64,000 nucleotides of DNA from Planctomycetota bacterium (GTDB taxonomy: Bacteria; Planctomycetota; UBA11346), in assembly GCA_038213805.1 (NCBI GenBank), contig JBBQSO010000004.1:1-64000 (forward strand), written 5' to 3'. The translations under genes and the position numbers were made by a program. The notes beneath the pieces were generated by a model that was given only the letters and a program-made list of their open reading frames with translations, was not told where the DNA came from and made no database searches. The first letter of the stretch is position 1, and each line of letters opens with the position of its first letter. Positions 39,767 to 51,761 of this stretch are shown here, in pieces.

Positions 39767-41092
39767 ATGTCCAATGAGCTGACTGCGGCCGATCTCGTCA
39801 TTTCTGACCTCGGCGTCTGCAAGGTCCCATCACCTGTCGCCACCCTGCTCGGTGAACGCGCCATGCACTTCGTCGGCGAGGCTGACAAGGTATTGCTCGA
39901 CGACCGGTTGTCGTCCCTCGGCACCCACCATGGACTGATCGCGCAGATGCCGGCCTTCGAGCTGGCGGGGCCGCGCAACCGCATCTTCTGGGAGCCGTCC
40001 GCGGTGAAGGCCGGCATCGTCACGTGTGGTGGGCTGTGCCCAGGGCTCAACAACGTGGTGCGCGGCATCGTGCTCGAGCTGTGGCACAGCTACGGAGTGC
40101 GCTCGATCGTCGGTTTCCGTTACGGTTACGAGGGTCTGGTGCCGCGCTTCGGCCACGAGCCGATGGTCCTCGACCCGCGCAGCGTCAGCCGCATCCACCA
40201 CCAGGGCGGCACGGTGCTGGGCTCGTCGCGCGGGAAACAGGAGGCGGTCGAGACCGTCGACTACCTCGAGAAGCTTGGCATCAACCAGCTCTATGTGGTC
40301 GGCGGCGACGGCACCATCCGCGGCGCCATGGCGATCGTCGAGGAGGCCAGGACGCGCAAGCTCAAGCTCGGCGTGATCGGCGTGCCCAAGACCATCGACA
40401 ACGACATCCAGTTCATCGACCGCAGCTTCGGCTTCGAAACCGCGTTCACCGAGGCGGTGACGGTGATCAAGAGCGCCAACGTCGAGGCCAACGGCGCGCG
40501 CGGCGGCGTCGGCCTGGTCAAGCTGATGGGCCGCCATTCCGGCTTCATCGCCTGTCACGCGGCGTTGGCCTCGACCGACGTGAACATCGTGCTCATCCCC
40601 GAGGTGCCGGTGGCGCTCGCGGGCGAGAAGGGCCTGCTCGCCTATCTCGAGAAGCGTATCGAGCGCTGCGGCCACGCGGTGATCGTGGTCGCCGAGGGCG
40701 CCGGCCAGGCGCTGCTCGCCGGCGGCGACGGGGCGCGCGACGCGAGCGGCAACCTCAAGCTCCAGGACGTCGGCACGTGGTTGCGCGATACCATCATCGG
40801 CCACTTCAAGGCGCGCAAGATCGAGCTCAACCTCAAGTACCTCGATCCCAGCTACCACATCCGCAGCGTACCGGCCTCGCCCTCGGACAGCGTGTTCTGC
40901 TGGAATCTGGCGCGAAACTCGGTGCACGCGGCGATGGCCGGCAACACCGCGATGCTCATCGGCCGCTGGCACGGCCGCTTCGTGCACGTGCCGATGGCCG
41001 TGGCGACGCGCCAGCGCAAGGAGGTCGACCCCACCGGCGACCTGTGGATGTCGGTGATCGAGGGGACGGGGCAGCCGAAGGCGTTTGCCTGA
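39767..41092 (+). CDS. pfkA: ATP-dependent 6-phosphofructokinase (long, plant/clade X-like)
   Basis: TCGGLCPG, GGDGT, PKTIDND, LMGRHSG. Confidence 0.9.
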   Translation: MSNELTAADLVISDLGVCKVPSPVATLLGERAMHFVGEADKVLLDDRLSSLGTHHGLIAQMPAFELAGPRNRIFWEPSAVKAGIVTCGGLCPGLNNVVRGIVLELWHSYGVRSIVGFRYGYEGLVPRFGHEPMVLDPRSVSRIHHQGGTVLGSSRGKQEAVETVDYLEKLGINQLYVVGGDGTIRGAMAIVEEARTRKLKLGVIGVPKTIDNDIQFIDRSFGFETAFTEAVTVIKSANVEANGARGGVGLVKLMGRHSGFIACHAALASTDVNIVLIPEVPVALAGEKGLLAYLEKRIERCGHAVIVVAEGAGQALLAGGDGARDASGNLKLQDVGTWLRDTIIGHFKARKIELNLKYLDPSYHIRSVPASPSDSVFCWNLARNSVHAAMAGNTAMLIGRWHGRFVHVPMAVATRQRKEVDPTGDLWMSVIEGTGQPKAFA

Positions 41093-41100
41093 GCTGGAGA

Positions 41101-41279
41101 GGCTGATGGCTGATAGCTGATAGCTGATGGCTGATAGCTGATGGCGCTGACGCTGACGCCCGTCATGTGCCCCAACCGGTGAAGAGTGTCATTTGACAGT
41201 GGGTCCAAGACGCCTCGCCATCAGCCATCAGCCATCAGCCATCAGCCATCAGCCATCAGCCATCAGCCATCAGCCATCA
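41101..41279. repeat. Inverted pair of heptamer arrays (RGCTGAT)x6 and (GCCATCA)x9
   Basis: Arrays at 41101-41142 and 41217-41279 are reverse complements of each other. Confidence 0.92.
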
Positions 41280-41326
41280 GGCTCCTGGCCTTGCGCCCCG
41301 CCCGCCCCCCATAGCGTGTCCCGCCC

Positions 41327-44300
41327 ATGCGCGAACTGCGGGATCTCTATCTGGATGATGCGCGCGTGGTGGCGGTGGCGGCAGCGATCGCCGGGGACCG
41401 CGAGTTGGTCATCGGCGCCTGCCATGGCGGTTTGATCCCGGTGCTGATCGCCGCGCTGGCCGGGCGGCCGGGGGCGGGGCGGCTGCCGCTGATAATCAGC
41501 CACGATCCGGGCGCACTGGTCGACGATCTCGAGGAGCTCGGGGTGGTCGCGGCCCACCTGCCGGAGCTGGAGCGCTTCGAGGAGGACGCCGATGCCCTCG
41601 ACCGCAGCGGGCACAACCGCCGCATGGCGGCGCTCGAGGCCTATGCCGCGGGCGCGCTGCTGGTCGCCAGCCCGGTGGCGGTCGAGCAGCCGGTGCCGGA
41701 CATCGGCGAGATCACGCGCTCGAGCATCGTCCTCCATCCCGGTGAGGAGCACGACCTGCACGCGCTGGTCGACCGCCTAGTCGAGGCCGGCTACCGCGTC
41801 GCCACCACCGTCGAGGGTCGCGGGGAACTGGCGGTGCGCGGCGGCCTGATCGACGTCTACCCGTGGATCGGCCAGCACGCGCTGCGCATCGAGTTCTTCG
41901 GCGACCAGGTCGAGGCCATCCGCCGCTTCGACCCCTTCACCCAGGAGTCGATCGCGCGCGCCGAAGAGGCGATCCTGGCCTCGGCGAGCGGCGGCCTGGC
42001 CACGCGTGGGCTGTGGGAGCAGCTGCCGGCCGGGCCGGTGCTGGTGCTCGGCGACCTGCCGCTGCGTGGGCGACTCAAGCGCGACCACGGTCGTCGTGAG
42101 GTGCGCTTCGCGCGCCAGCTTGAGGAGGGCGCGGTCGACGGCGCCTCGCTGACCGTCGAACGCCTGCGCGGCGACCTGCGCCGCGGTTTGACCGAGCTGC
42201 GCCGCATGCTCGCCGAGTTGCGGCCGGCAGGCGCGCCCGCCGGTCTGGCCGACGTCGTGCTGCTCGCGCGCAACGATGAAGCGCGCAAGGAGCTGCTCGC
42301 GCACTGCGCCGACGCCGGGCTGACCGCCGAGGTGCGCGTCGGCCGTCTTGGCGCCGGCTTCCGCGATCTCGAGCGCGGCGTGGTGGTGGTGCATGATTTC
42401 GAGCTCGCCGAGCGCGAGCCGGTCAAGCGCCGTGGCAACAAGGTCGCCGGCGGCGCGCCGCTGTCGTCGCTGACTGACCTCAAGCGCGGCGATCTCGTTG
42501 TCCACCTGCGTCACGGCATCGGCAGGTTCAAGGGCATGGCCACGCTCGAGAAGCGCGGCTTCCTCGAGGATTTCCTGCTCCTTGAGTTCGCCGAGGGTTC
42601 GAAGCTCTACGTGCCGGTCGAGGCCATCGACCTGGTGCAGAAGTACGTCGGCGCCACGGGCCGCGACCCCGAGCTATCGAAGATCGGTGGTGCGATCTGG
42701 GCGAAGAAGCGCGCGCGCGCCGAGAAGGCCATCCAGGACATGTCCGGCGAGCTGCTGCGCGCCCAGGCAGCGCGCATCGCGGCGGGCGGCCTGGCGATGC
42801 CCGACGACGGTCCGGAAGTGCGCCAGTTCGAGGCCGCCTTCCCCTACGAGGAGACCGAGGACCAGCTCGCCGCGGGGCGCGAGATCAAGGCCGACATGGA
42901 AAAAGGCGTGGCCATGGACCGTCTGCTGTGCGGCGACGTCGGCTTCGGCAAAACCGAGGTGGCGATGCGCGCCGCCTTCAAGGCCTGCACCGGCGGCTAC
43001 CAGGTGGCGGTGCTGGTGCCGACCACGCTGCTCGCCGAGCAGCACGTCGAGACCTTCACCGAGCGCTTCGCGGGCTCGCCGTTCACCATCGCCGGCATGA
43101 ACCGCTTTCACGCTGCCGACGACCGCCGCAAAGTCCTGGAGGGGGTCGCCGCGGGCGAGGTCGACGTGCTCATCGGTACGCACGCGATCCTGACCGACAA
43201 GCTGCGCTTCGCCAACCTCGGCCTGCTCGTCATCGACGAGGAGCACCGCTTCGGGGTCAAGCAGAAGGAGAAGCTGCGCCTGCTCGCGGGCGGACGTGGG
43301 CTGGCCTTCGATCCGCCGCGATCCCGCAAGGCGGCGGCCGCGCCAGATGGTGATCCCGACGCGGAGGAACCGGAGCCTGCGCAGGAGCCGGTGGCGGCGG
43401 CGCCAGTGGTGCCCGCCGCGCCCGCGCCGCGGCCGTCGACCCCACCCGACGTGCTGACCCTCAGCGCCACGCCGATCCCGCGCACCCTGCACTTCTCGCT
43501 GCTCGGGCTGCGCGACATCTCGGTGCTGGCCGAGGCGCCCGCCGAGCGCATGGCGGTCGAGACCCGCGTCGCGCCCTGGGACGAGGCGCTGATCCGCCAC
43601 GCCTGCGAGCGCGAGCTGGAGCGCAAAGGTCAGATCTTCGTGGTGCACAACCGCGTCACCGACCTGGACCACATCGCCTACACGCTGTCGCGCCTGCTGC
43701 CGGGCATGCGCCTGGACACCATCCACGGGCAGATGGAGGAGGGGCGCATCGCGCGCGTCATGGACGCCTTCCACCGCCGCGACCTCGATTGCCTGGTCAC
43801 CACCTCGATCATCGAGTCGGGCATCGACATCCCCAACGCCAACACCCTGTTCGTCAACAACGCGCATTGCTTCGGCCTGGCTGAGCTGCACCAGATCCGC
43901 GGGCGCATCGGGCGCTTCACCCGCCAGGCCTACGCCTACTTCCTGACCCCCCGCAACCGCGAACTGACCGAGGAGGCGCGCGAGCGCCTCAACGCCATCC
44001 AGGAATACGCCGAGCTCGGCGCGGGCTTCAAGCTGGCGATGCGCGACCTCGAGCTGCGCGGTGCCGGCAACCTGCTCGGTGCTGAGCAGTCCGGGCAGAT
44101 CGATGCGATCGGTTACGAACTCTACACGCGCCTGCTCGGCGAGGCGGTCACGCGCGCGCGTGTCGGCGCGCAGAGTGCGGCCAAGACCGGCCAGGGCGGC
44201 GCGCTGCAGGTCGAGGTCCGTGGCGCGGCCACGCGTGCAGAGCCGGCCACGGATTCGCTGGTCGGCATCAAGGTCGACGCCTACATCCCGGACACCTACC

Positions 44301-44695
44301 TCGAGACCCCGGCACTGAAATTCGAGATCCACAAGCAGCTCGACGGCTGCCGGCGCCTCAGCGACCTGGCCGCGATCGCGCGCAGCGTGCGCGATCGCTT
44401 CGGCGCGCTGGTCGACCCGGTGGTGCGGCTCTTCCAGATGCGCGCCATCCGCCTGCGCTGCGCCGAGCTCGGCATCCAGCGCATCGACGTCCAGGACCGC
44501 CAGGTGCGGCTGCACCTCGCCGGAGCCATCCCCGCCGAACTTGCCGCGGTCAAGCTGCCTGAGCTGGTGCACATCCAGCTCGATGGCGCGGTGCTGGTGC
44601 TGTTCGTGCGTGCAGCACTGGCGGGCGATGGGGCGCTGGCGTTCCTGTGCCGGCTGCTCGGCTTGGATCTGGGGTTCCTGGGGCGGGGATTCTGA
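41327..44695 (+). CDS. mfd: Transcription-repair coupling factor
   Basis: AVRGGLIDVY, VVHLRHGIG (RID), GDVGFGKTE, DEEHRFGV, SATPIPRTL, RDLELRGAG. Confidence 0.96.
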   Translation: MRELRDLYLDDARVVAVAAAIAGDRELVIGACHGGLIPVLIAALAGRPGAGRLPLIISHDPGALVDDLEELGVVAAHLPELERFEEDADALDRSGHNRRMAALEAYAAGALLVASPVAVEQPVPDIGEITRSSIVLHPGEEHDLHALVDRLVEAGYRVATTVEGRGELAVRGGLIDVYPWIGQHALRIEFFGDQVEAIRRFDPFTQESIARAEEAILASASGGLATRGLWEQLPAGPVLVLGDLPLRGRLKRDHGRREVRFARQLEEGAVDGASLTVERLRGDLRRGLTELRRMLAELRPAGAPAGLADVVLLARNDEARKELLAHCADAGLTAEVRVGRLGAGFRDLERGVVVVHDFELAEREPVKRRGNKVAGGAPLSSLTDLKRGDLVVHLRHGIGRFKGMATLEKRGFLEDFLLLEFAEGSKLYVPVEAIDLVQKYVGATGRDPELSKIGGAIWAKKRARAEKAIQDMSGELLRAQAARIAAGGLAMPDDGPEVRQFEAAFPYEETEDQLAAGREIKADMEKGVAMDRLLCGDVGFGKTEVAMRAAFKACTGGYQVAVLVPTTLLAEQHVETFTERFAGSPFTIAGMNRFHAADDRRKVLEGVAAGEVDVLIGTHAILTDKLRFANLGLLVIDEEHRFGVKQKEKLRLLAGGRGLAFDPPRSRKAAAAPDGDPDAEEPEPAQEPVAAAPVVPAAPAPRPSTPPDVLTLSATPIPRTLHFSLLGLRDISVLAEAPAERMAVETRVAPWDEALIRHACERELERKGQIFVVHNRVTDLDHIAYTLSRLLPGMRLDTIHGQMEEGRIARVMDAFHRRDLDCLVTTSIIESGIDIPNANTLFVNNAHCFGLAELHQIRGRIGRFTRQAYAYFLTPRNRELTEEARERLNAIQEYAELGAGFKLAMRDLELRGAGNLLGAEQSGQIDAIGYELYTRLLGEAVTRARVGAQSAAKTGQGGALQVEVRGAATRAEPATDSLVGIKVDAYIPDTYLETPALKFEIHKQLDGCRRLSDLAAIARSVRDRFGALVDPVVRLFQMRAIRLRCAELGIQRIDVQDRQVRLHLAGAIPAELAAVKLPELVHIQLDGAVLVLFVRAALAGDGALAFLCRLLGLDLGFLGRGF

Positions 44696-44964
44696 AGCGT
44701 CAGCCACGAGGCACGAGCCTCACCCGCGGTGGGTGTTCCGCGCGCTGCGTCGCATGCCGCCGTGGGGGTCAGGCGCTGCGTCGCGATTACGTTGGCAGGC
44801 GGATCGGAAAGCGCACATCCCTGCGCGTCAGCGCAGCGCCAAAGGGCCACTAGAGGACGCCTTGCGCGCCGGCTTGCGAGAGGAAAACACCCAGGTTTGA
44901 CGGTTTCAGAGAGTTACACCGGAAGACGCTTGCCAGGGGTCGCGTCCTGGAAGTATCTCACTCC

Positions 44965-46740
44965 ATGGCCCTCCGGCATGTCTTGTTCGCTCTGGCGCTC
45001 GCCGTGCTTCCCGCGGCCATGAGCGCGATGGACGCTCCCACTGGGGTGCTGGCCATCCCCGCGGGCGACCAGGATGAAGTGCCGTGCGGCGGGGCCGCGG
45101 TGGTGGTCGAGATGCCGGGGCTGGGTCGGATGATCCTGACCCTGGAGGAGGCCCTGCCCGGCGCCGGGCGCGGCGAGAAGGGGGCCGCGAGGCTGTCCTC
45201 GCACATCGATCTGGTGCTGCCTGGCGGACGGCGCGGCAGCGCCACCATCGTCCGTCGCGGCGCGGCCACCGGGGCGCTGCTCCTCCACCCCGACGTGATG
45301 CTCGACGACAGCGTGACCAAGCCGCTGGAGCTGGCCGACAGCGCCCAGGTGCATATCGGCGACACGGTGTGGACAGCCGGCAACGCCTTCGGAGCACTTG
45401 AGCAGGATGGCGCGGCGGCGATCAGCAGGGGCGTGATCAGCGGCCTGTACGCCATCCCCTCGGGTAGTCCGCCGGTGCGTGGTCGCGGTGGCCGCATCCT
45501 CAGCAGCTATCGTGGCGCGGTCATCGAGATCGATGCCGCGGTCAACGATGGCAACCACGGCGGCGCCCTGCTCGACGGTGCAGGCCGCCTGATCGGCCTG
45601 GTCAGCCTGGGCACGGCGCGCGAGCGCCGTCTCGGTACCGCGGTGCCCATCCATGTGGTGATGAAGGACCTCGAATGCGCCCCGACGCTGGCCGAGCCGG
45701 CCGCTGAGCGCGACCCGCTGGAGCGTTCCCTGGTGCGTGCGGCGGCCGCGGTCGCGCCCGCCATCGCCCTGGTCTACATCGAACGCCCAGCGGGCCTGGG
45801 CAATCCGGAGGCCATGCCGCGCCCGACGCGCCTGGTGGATGAGGTGCCGGCCTATGATCGCGAGCGGCTGCAGAACTGGTGGTCGGGCTACTACCACCAG
45901 CAGCAGATGTTCTACACCGATCAGCCGATCAGCGCCCTGGTCATCGACGCCCAGTCCGGTCTGCTGCTGACCGCGGCCAGCAACCTCCACGGCGAAGCCG
46001 AGGTCGGGTCGGTGCTGGTGCCCGGCAAGGCGGCCATCCCCTGCAAGGTGCTGGCCCGCCACCTGCCGCTCGACCTCGCCCTGCTCAAGGCCGACCAGCC
46101 CCTACCATTCCCGGCCCTGGCCCTGGCCACGGACCCGCACCTGGCGCTGGGCGAGCCGATCGCGGTCGCGGCGCGCCACATCGTCGACGGCGGGCACACC
46201 ATGACCGTGGGCGTGGTCTCGGCGACCGGGCGGCGCCGCACGCGCAATGACTTCGCCTTCACCCAGACCGACGCGCACGTCAACTACGGCAGCCTCGGCG
46301 GCGCCGTGGTCGACGCCCAGGGCGCGGTGGTGGGCATGGTGGTGATGCTTGGTCCGGACGACGGCAACTGGCCGTGGATGATCAATTCGGGGGTCGGACT
46401 GTTCGCCGACAGCGCCAGCATCGCGCGCGTCCTGCCCGAGATGATCGCCGGCCGGACCACCGGCAGCGCGCCGCCCATCGGGCTCGGCGTGCTGCTCAAG
46501 CGCGGGCTCGCCAAGGACGGGATGGAGGTCGAGTCGGTCACTCCGGGCAGCGGCGCGGATAAGGGCGGGGTCAAGCCCGGCGACATCATCACCGCGCTGG
46601 ATGGCCTGCCCACGCGCGATATCGGCGCCATCGGTCGCGGCGTGATGAAGCACCGCACGGGCGAGCGCGTCGCGCTCAACGTGCGCCGTGGCGGTGAGAC
46701 GGTCGCACTGAGCGTCGTAATCGGGGCCCTCGCCAAATGA
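44965..46740 (+). CDS. Exported protein with two degenerate trypsin-like domains and a PDZ domain
   Basis: Signal peptide; DAAVNDGNHGG and DAHVNYGSLGG in place of NPGNSGG; C-terminal GVKPGDII PDZ. Confidence 0.8.
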   Translation: MALRHVLFALALAVLPAAMSAMDAPTGVLAIPAGDQDEVPCGGAAVVVEMPGLGRMILTLEEALPGAGRGEKGAARLSSHIDLVLPGGRRGSATIVRRGAATGALLLHPDVMLDDSVTKPLELADSAQVHIGDTVWTAGNAFGALEQDGAAAISRGVISGLYAIPSGSPPVRGRGGRILSSYRGAVIEIDAAVNDGNHGGALLDGAGRLIGLVSLGTARERRLGTAVPIHVVMKDLECAPTLAEPAAERDPLERSLVRAAAAVAPAIALVYIERPAGLGNPEAMPRPTRLVDEVPAYDRERLQNWWSGYYHQQQMFYTDQPISALVIDAQSGLLLTAASNLHGEAEVGSVLVPGKAAIPCKVLARHLPLDLALLKADQPLPFPALALATDPHLALGEPIAVAARHIVDGGHTMTVGVVSATGRRRTRNDFAFTQTDAHVNYGSLGGAVVDAQGAVVGMVVMLGPDDGNWPWMINSGVGLFADSASIARVLPEMIAGRTTGSAPPIGLGVLLKRGLAKDGMEVESVTPGSGADKGGVKPGDIITALDGLPTRDIGAIGRGVMKHRTGERVALNVRRGGETVALSVVIGALAK

Positions 46741-47966
46741 ACCTCCGCCCACTCCCCTGCGGCCGCTTTCTGCTCGCGCTGGCCCTGCTCGCGCCGCTTG
46801 CCAGCGCACCCGCCCTGGCCGCAGCCGACCGCGACCTGCCCGTCGCCGCCAGCCGCTCCACCCTGGATGCCCTGGCCGGCCGCCTGCTGCCCGCCTACGT
46901 CTTCATCGGCGGCGGCAGCGGGGTGGTGATTTCGGCGGACGGTCTGGTCCTGACCAACCATCACGTCATCGATGGAGAGGATGACCTGTCGATCCGTTTC
47001 GCGAACGGCGCGGTGCGCCCCTCGCACCTGCTCGGCACCGATCCGGTCGGCGACATCGCCCTGCTGCGCATCGACGATGCGCACGATCTGCCGCACGTCG
47101 ACCTGGCGCCCGCGAGCGCGCTGCGCGTCGGCGCGGAGGTGGTGGCGATCGGCAATCCCTTCGGCCTCGGCAACCTCGACGACGTGCCCACCCTGACCCA
47201 GGGCGTGCTCAGCACCGGGCGTATGGTGCGCGGTGACTACACCGACGCGGTGCAGGGCGACGCCCCGGTGAATCCCGGAAATTCCGGCGGTCCGCTGTTC
47301 GACATGTATGGCCGCCTGCTCGGCATCAACGGCCAGATCCGCACGGTCTCGGGCTTCCGCATCAACAGCGGCATCGGCCTGGCCATCGCCAGCACCCAGC
47401 TCGCCGCCTTCGTCCCGTTGTTGCAGCAGGCCCAGGGCGGGCTGGTCCACCACACCGCCGCGCCCAAGGATCTCGAACTGGCGGCGCGCATGGAGGGCGT
47501 GGTGGTCGAGAATGCCGGCAGCTCGTCGCTGATGGCCGGCGACCGCCTGCTGCTCATCGCCGGCCGGCCGGCGGTCTCGGTGGCGACCGCGCTCGGCCTG
47601 TTCGCCTCGCTACCCTGGGTGCCCGGCAGCGCCATACCGGTGCGCGTGCTGCGCTCCGGCGAGGAGGTCACCCTCAGCATCTCGCCAGCGCGCCAGGTCA
47701 TCCCGGGCCGCCCCTATCATGGCCTGTCCATCACCGACAGTGACGGCCGCATCGTGATCGAGACCGTCGACGACGACAGCCCTGGCGCGCAGGCCGGCGT
47801 GCGCATCGGCGAGACCGTGGTGAGCGCCAACGGCCGCCCGGTGCTGCGCAAGATCGATTGGTTGAAGGCGGTGGTGAAGCTCGAGGTCGGCGACGCCCTC
47901 GACCTGGAACTGCGCGCCAAGGATGGCGCCATGCGCACCGTGCACATTCCGCTGCGCCGGCAGTAG
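46737..47966 (+). CDS. HtrA/DegP-family serine protease with PDZ domains
   Basis: LTNHHV, DIALL, NPGNSGGPL triad; ATGA overlap with upstream gene. Confidence 0.9.
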   Translation: MNLRPLPCGRFLLALALLAPLASAPALAAADRDLPVAASRSTLDALAGRLLPAYVFIGGGSGVVISADGLVLTNHHVIDGEDDLSIRFANGAVRPSHLLGTDPVGDIALLRIDDAHDLPHVDLAPASALRVGAEVVAIGNPFGLGNLDDVPTLTQGVLSTGRMVRGDYTDAVQGDAPVNPGNSGGPLFDMYGRLLGINGQIRTVSGFRINSGIGLAIASTQLAAFVPLLQQAQGGLVHHTAAPKDLELAARMEGVVVENAGSSSLMAGDRLLLIAGRPAVSVATALGLFASLPWVPGSAIPVRVLRSGEEVTLSISPARQVIPGRPYHGLSITDSDGRIVIETVDDDSPGAQAGVRIGETVVSANGRPVLRKIDWLKAVVKLEVGDALDLELRAKDGAMRTVHIPLRRQ

Positions 47967-47968
47967 CC

Positions 47969-48586
47969 GTGGGCGGGTCGGTTGCGTCACCCCCAGACGG
48001 TGTCATCGCGATCCTCGCTGGTGGAGGCTCACGGCGCATGGGCCGCGACAAGGCACTGCTCGAGCTGTCCGGTGAGACTCTGCTCCAGCGCACGGCGGCG
48101 CTCGCCCTTGGCACCGGACTGCCGGTGCTGGTGGTGGGCCGCGCGGCGCCGCCGGGCTGGGCCTTGCCGCAGGTCGACTTTGTATCCGATGACCCGCCCG
48201 GGCAGGGACCGCTCGGCGGTCTGGCCGCTGCGCTCACCCGCCATGCGCCGGTGGTCGTCATGGCGTGCGACATGCCCTTGCTCGAGGCGCGCGCGCTGAC
48301 CTGGCTCATCGACGAGGTGCGCAGCCTGCGGGTCGCGGATGCGCTCGGTGCCGGCTTGGCCGTGCGCCATGTCGGTGGGCTCGAGCCGCTCTTCGCGTGC
48401 TATGCGGGCGCCTGTCTGCCCCTCGCCCGTGCGCATCTGGCGGATGGTCGCCGCGCCATGCACGCGCTCATCGAGGAGGCTGGAATCACGGTGCGGGACG
48501 CGCCTGCATGGCTGGTGCCGATGCTGGCCAATGTGAATAGGCCGGAGGAATGGGCGAGGCTGGGTCAGGCAGGGGCGGAGAGTTAG
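47969..48586 (+). CDS. mobA: Molybdenum cofactor guanylyltransferase
   Basis: ILAGGGSRRMGRDKA, GPLGGL, ACDMP, NVNRPEE; start codon uncertain. Confidence 0.88.
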   Translation: MGGSVASPPDGVIAILAGGGSRRMGRDKALLELSGETLLQRTAALALGTGLPVLVVGRAAPPGWALPQVDFVSDDPPGQGPLGGLAAALTRHAPVVVMACDMPLLEARALTWLIDEVRSLRVADALGAGLAVRHVGGLEPLFACYAGACLPLARAHLADGRRAMHALIEEAGITVRDAPAWLVPMLANVNRPEEWARLGQAGAES

Positions 48587-48623
48587 GAGCGCAACACCTC
48601 CGGTGCCTACCGCCTCACTTCTG

Positions 48624-48660
48624 AAAACGACAGCACCGCGAGGCTTTCGCCCCGCGGTGC
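48624..48660 (-). terminator. Intrinsic terminator after groES
   Basis: GCACCGCGGGGC-GAAA-GCCTCGCGGTGC followed by TGTCGTTTT on the minus strand. Confidence 0.7.
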
Positions 48661-48685
48661 GCTTGGTCGATCGGTTCGTTGAGGC

Positions 48686-48982
48686 TTATTCGATGACGGC
48701 GAGGACTTCGGACTCTTCGATGACGAGCAGGTCGTCACCGTTGATCTTCACCTCGTTGCCCGCGTAGCTGCTGAACAGCACGCGGTCGCCGGCCTTGAGC
48801 TGCATGGTCTGCCGCTTGCCGTCCTCGAGGACCTTGCCGTTGCCGACGGCGATGACCTTGCCCTCCTTGGGCTTGTCCTTGGCCTTCTCGGGCAGGACGA
48901 TGCCGCCCTTGGAGATGTCCGCGGCGCTGGAGCGCTGGACGATGACGTTCGAGCCAATCGGTTTGATGTCGGTCTTGGGCAT
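48686..48982 (-). CDS. groES: Co-chaperonin GroES
   Basis: GGIVLP, AVGNG, GDRVLF, ESEVLAV. Confidence 0.95.
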   Translation of the reverse strand: MPKTDIKPIGSNVIVQRSSAADISKGGIVLPEKAKDKPKEGKVIAVGNGKVLEDGKRQTMQLKAGDRVLFSSYAGNEVKINGDDLLVIEESEVLAVIE

Positions 48983-49127
48983 ATGAGGTACCTCGGTTCT
49001 TTCAGGTTGGGGGCTGCCGGGATGGCGGCCCGTCGGAAAATGGGGGATGTGGCTGAGGCGGGCCAGGAGACGGCGAGCGCAACGACGACGCGGCTGGTCC
49101 TGGTGGACCAGCCGCGTCGCGCGGCGC

Positions 49128-51056
<1,929 letters not shown>

Positions 51057-51108
51057 GCGATGATCCTTTGCTGAAAGTGCGATATTGGAGGGGTTGTTGA
51101 AAGAGTGG

Positions 51109-51486
51109 TCAGAGTTCGAGGAGGCGATGGACCAGACCGGTGATGCGCGTGATCTCGACCGGCTTCGACAGCAGGTCGATGGCGCCCGCCGCGCGCGCCG
51201 CGCGCCCGAGTTCGGCATCGGCGCGCGCGCTCATCAGGATCACCGGCAGGTGGCTGCCCGCCCGCGGGGTCTGATGGCTGATCCAGGACAGCAGCGCGAA
51301 CCCGGTCATGTCCGGCATATCCACATCCGAAAGCAGGAGGTCGCAGCGCATCTGGCGCAGCACCTCCATCGCATCGCCGCCGTTGCCGGCGGTGCGGGTC
51401 GTGCAGCCGAGGTCGTTGAAGACCTCGCTGAGCGATTCGCGCAGCCGGCGATCGTCGTCGGCGATCAGGATGGTGGGATGGAGCAT
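51109..51486 (-). CDS. Single-domain response regulator
   Basis: [28 protein letters not shown]. Confidence 0.92.
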   Translation of the reverse strand: MLHPTILIADDDRRLRESLSEVFNDLGCTTRTAGNGGDAMEVLRQMRCDLLLSDVDMPDMTGFALLSWISHQTPRAGSHLPVILMSARADAELGRAARAAGAIDLLSKPVEITRITGLVHRLLEL

Positions 51487-51538
51487 GGCGGGTTTTGCGG
51501 AGGCCGGTGCCGGTTGCTACGGCCTCTGGCGGCTCCAT

Positions 51539-51555
51539 AGCGAGCACCATGCCAA
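51539..51555 (-). promoter_or_regulatory. Candidate sigma54 promoter upstream of the RR-dnaK-groES unit
   Basis: TTGGCATGGTGCTCGCT = GG-N10-GC. Confidence 0.55.
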
Positions 51556-51761
51556 TGGCGATTTCCGCTCTTTGACCTAACCTGCGCCCACGCAAGGACA
51601 TGGATGATGGGTTATGGTGCGCCACCAGCCCGTTCGGCGCATGTCATCGTGTCCGTCCGCCGGTGTCCCGGTCAAAATGACCCGGGCGGCATGCGGCGCA
51701 TGCGCGCGGCGGGTAACGCGAGGAGCCCGGGAGGATGCGGGGTCTCCGCGTGGTCTGCTCC

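Noticed and set aside
41101..41279. Repeat arrays as a possible CRISPR
   Set aside because: 7-nt tandem units with no spacers and no cas genes
43285..43447. Mfd insertion as an intein
   Set aside because: Too short, low complexity, and lacks C/S...HN splice-junction residues
51057..51108. CIRCE/HrcA operator before dnaK
   Set aside because: No TTAGCACTC-N9-GAGTGCTAA match
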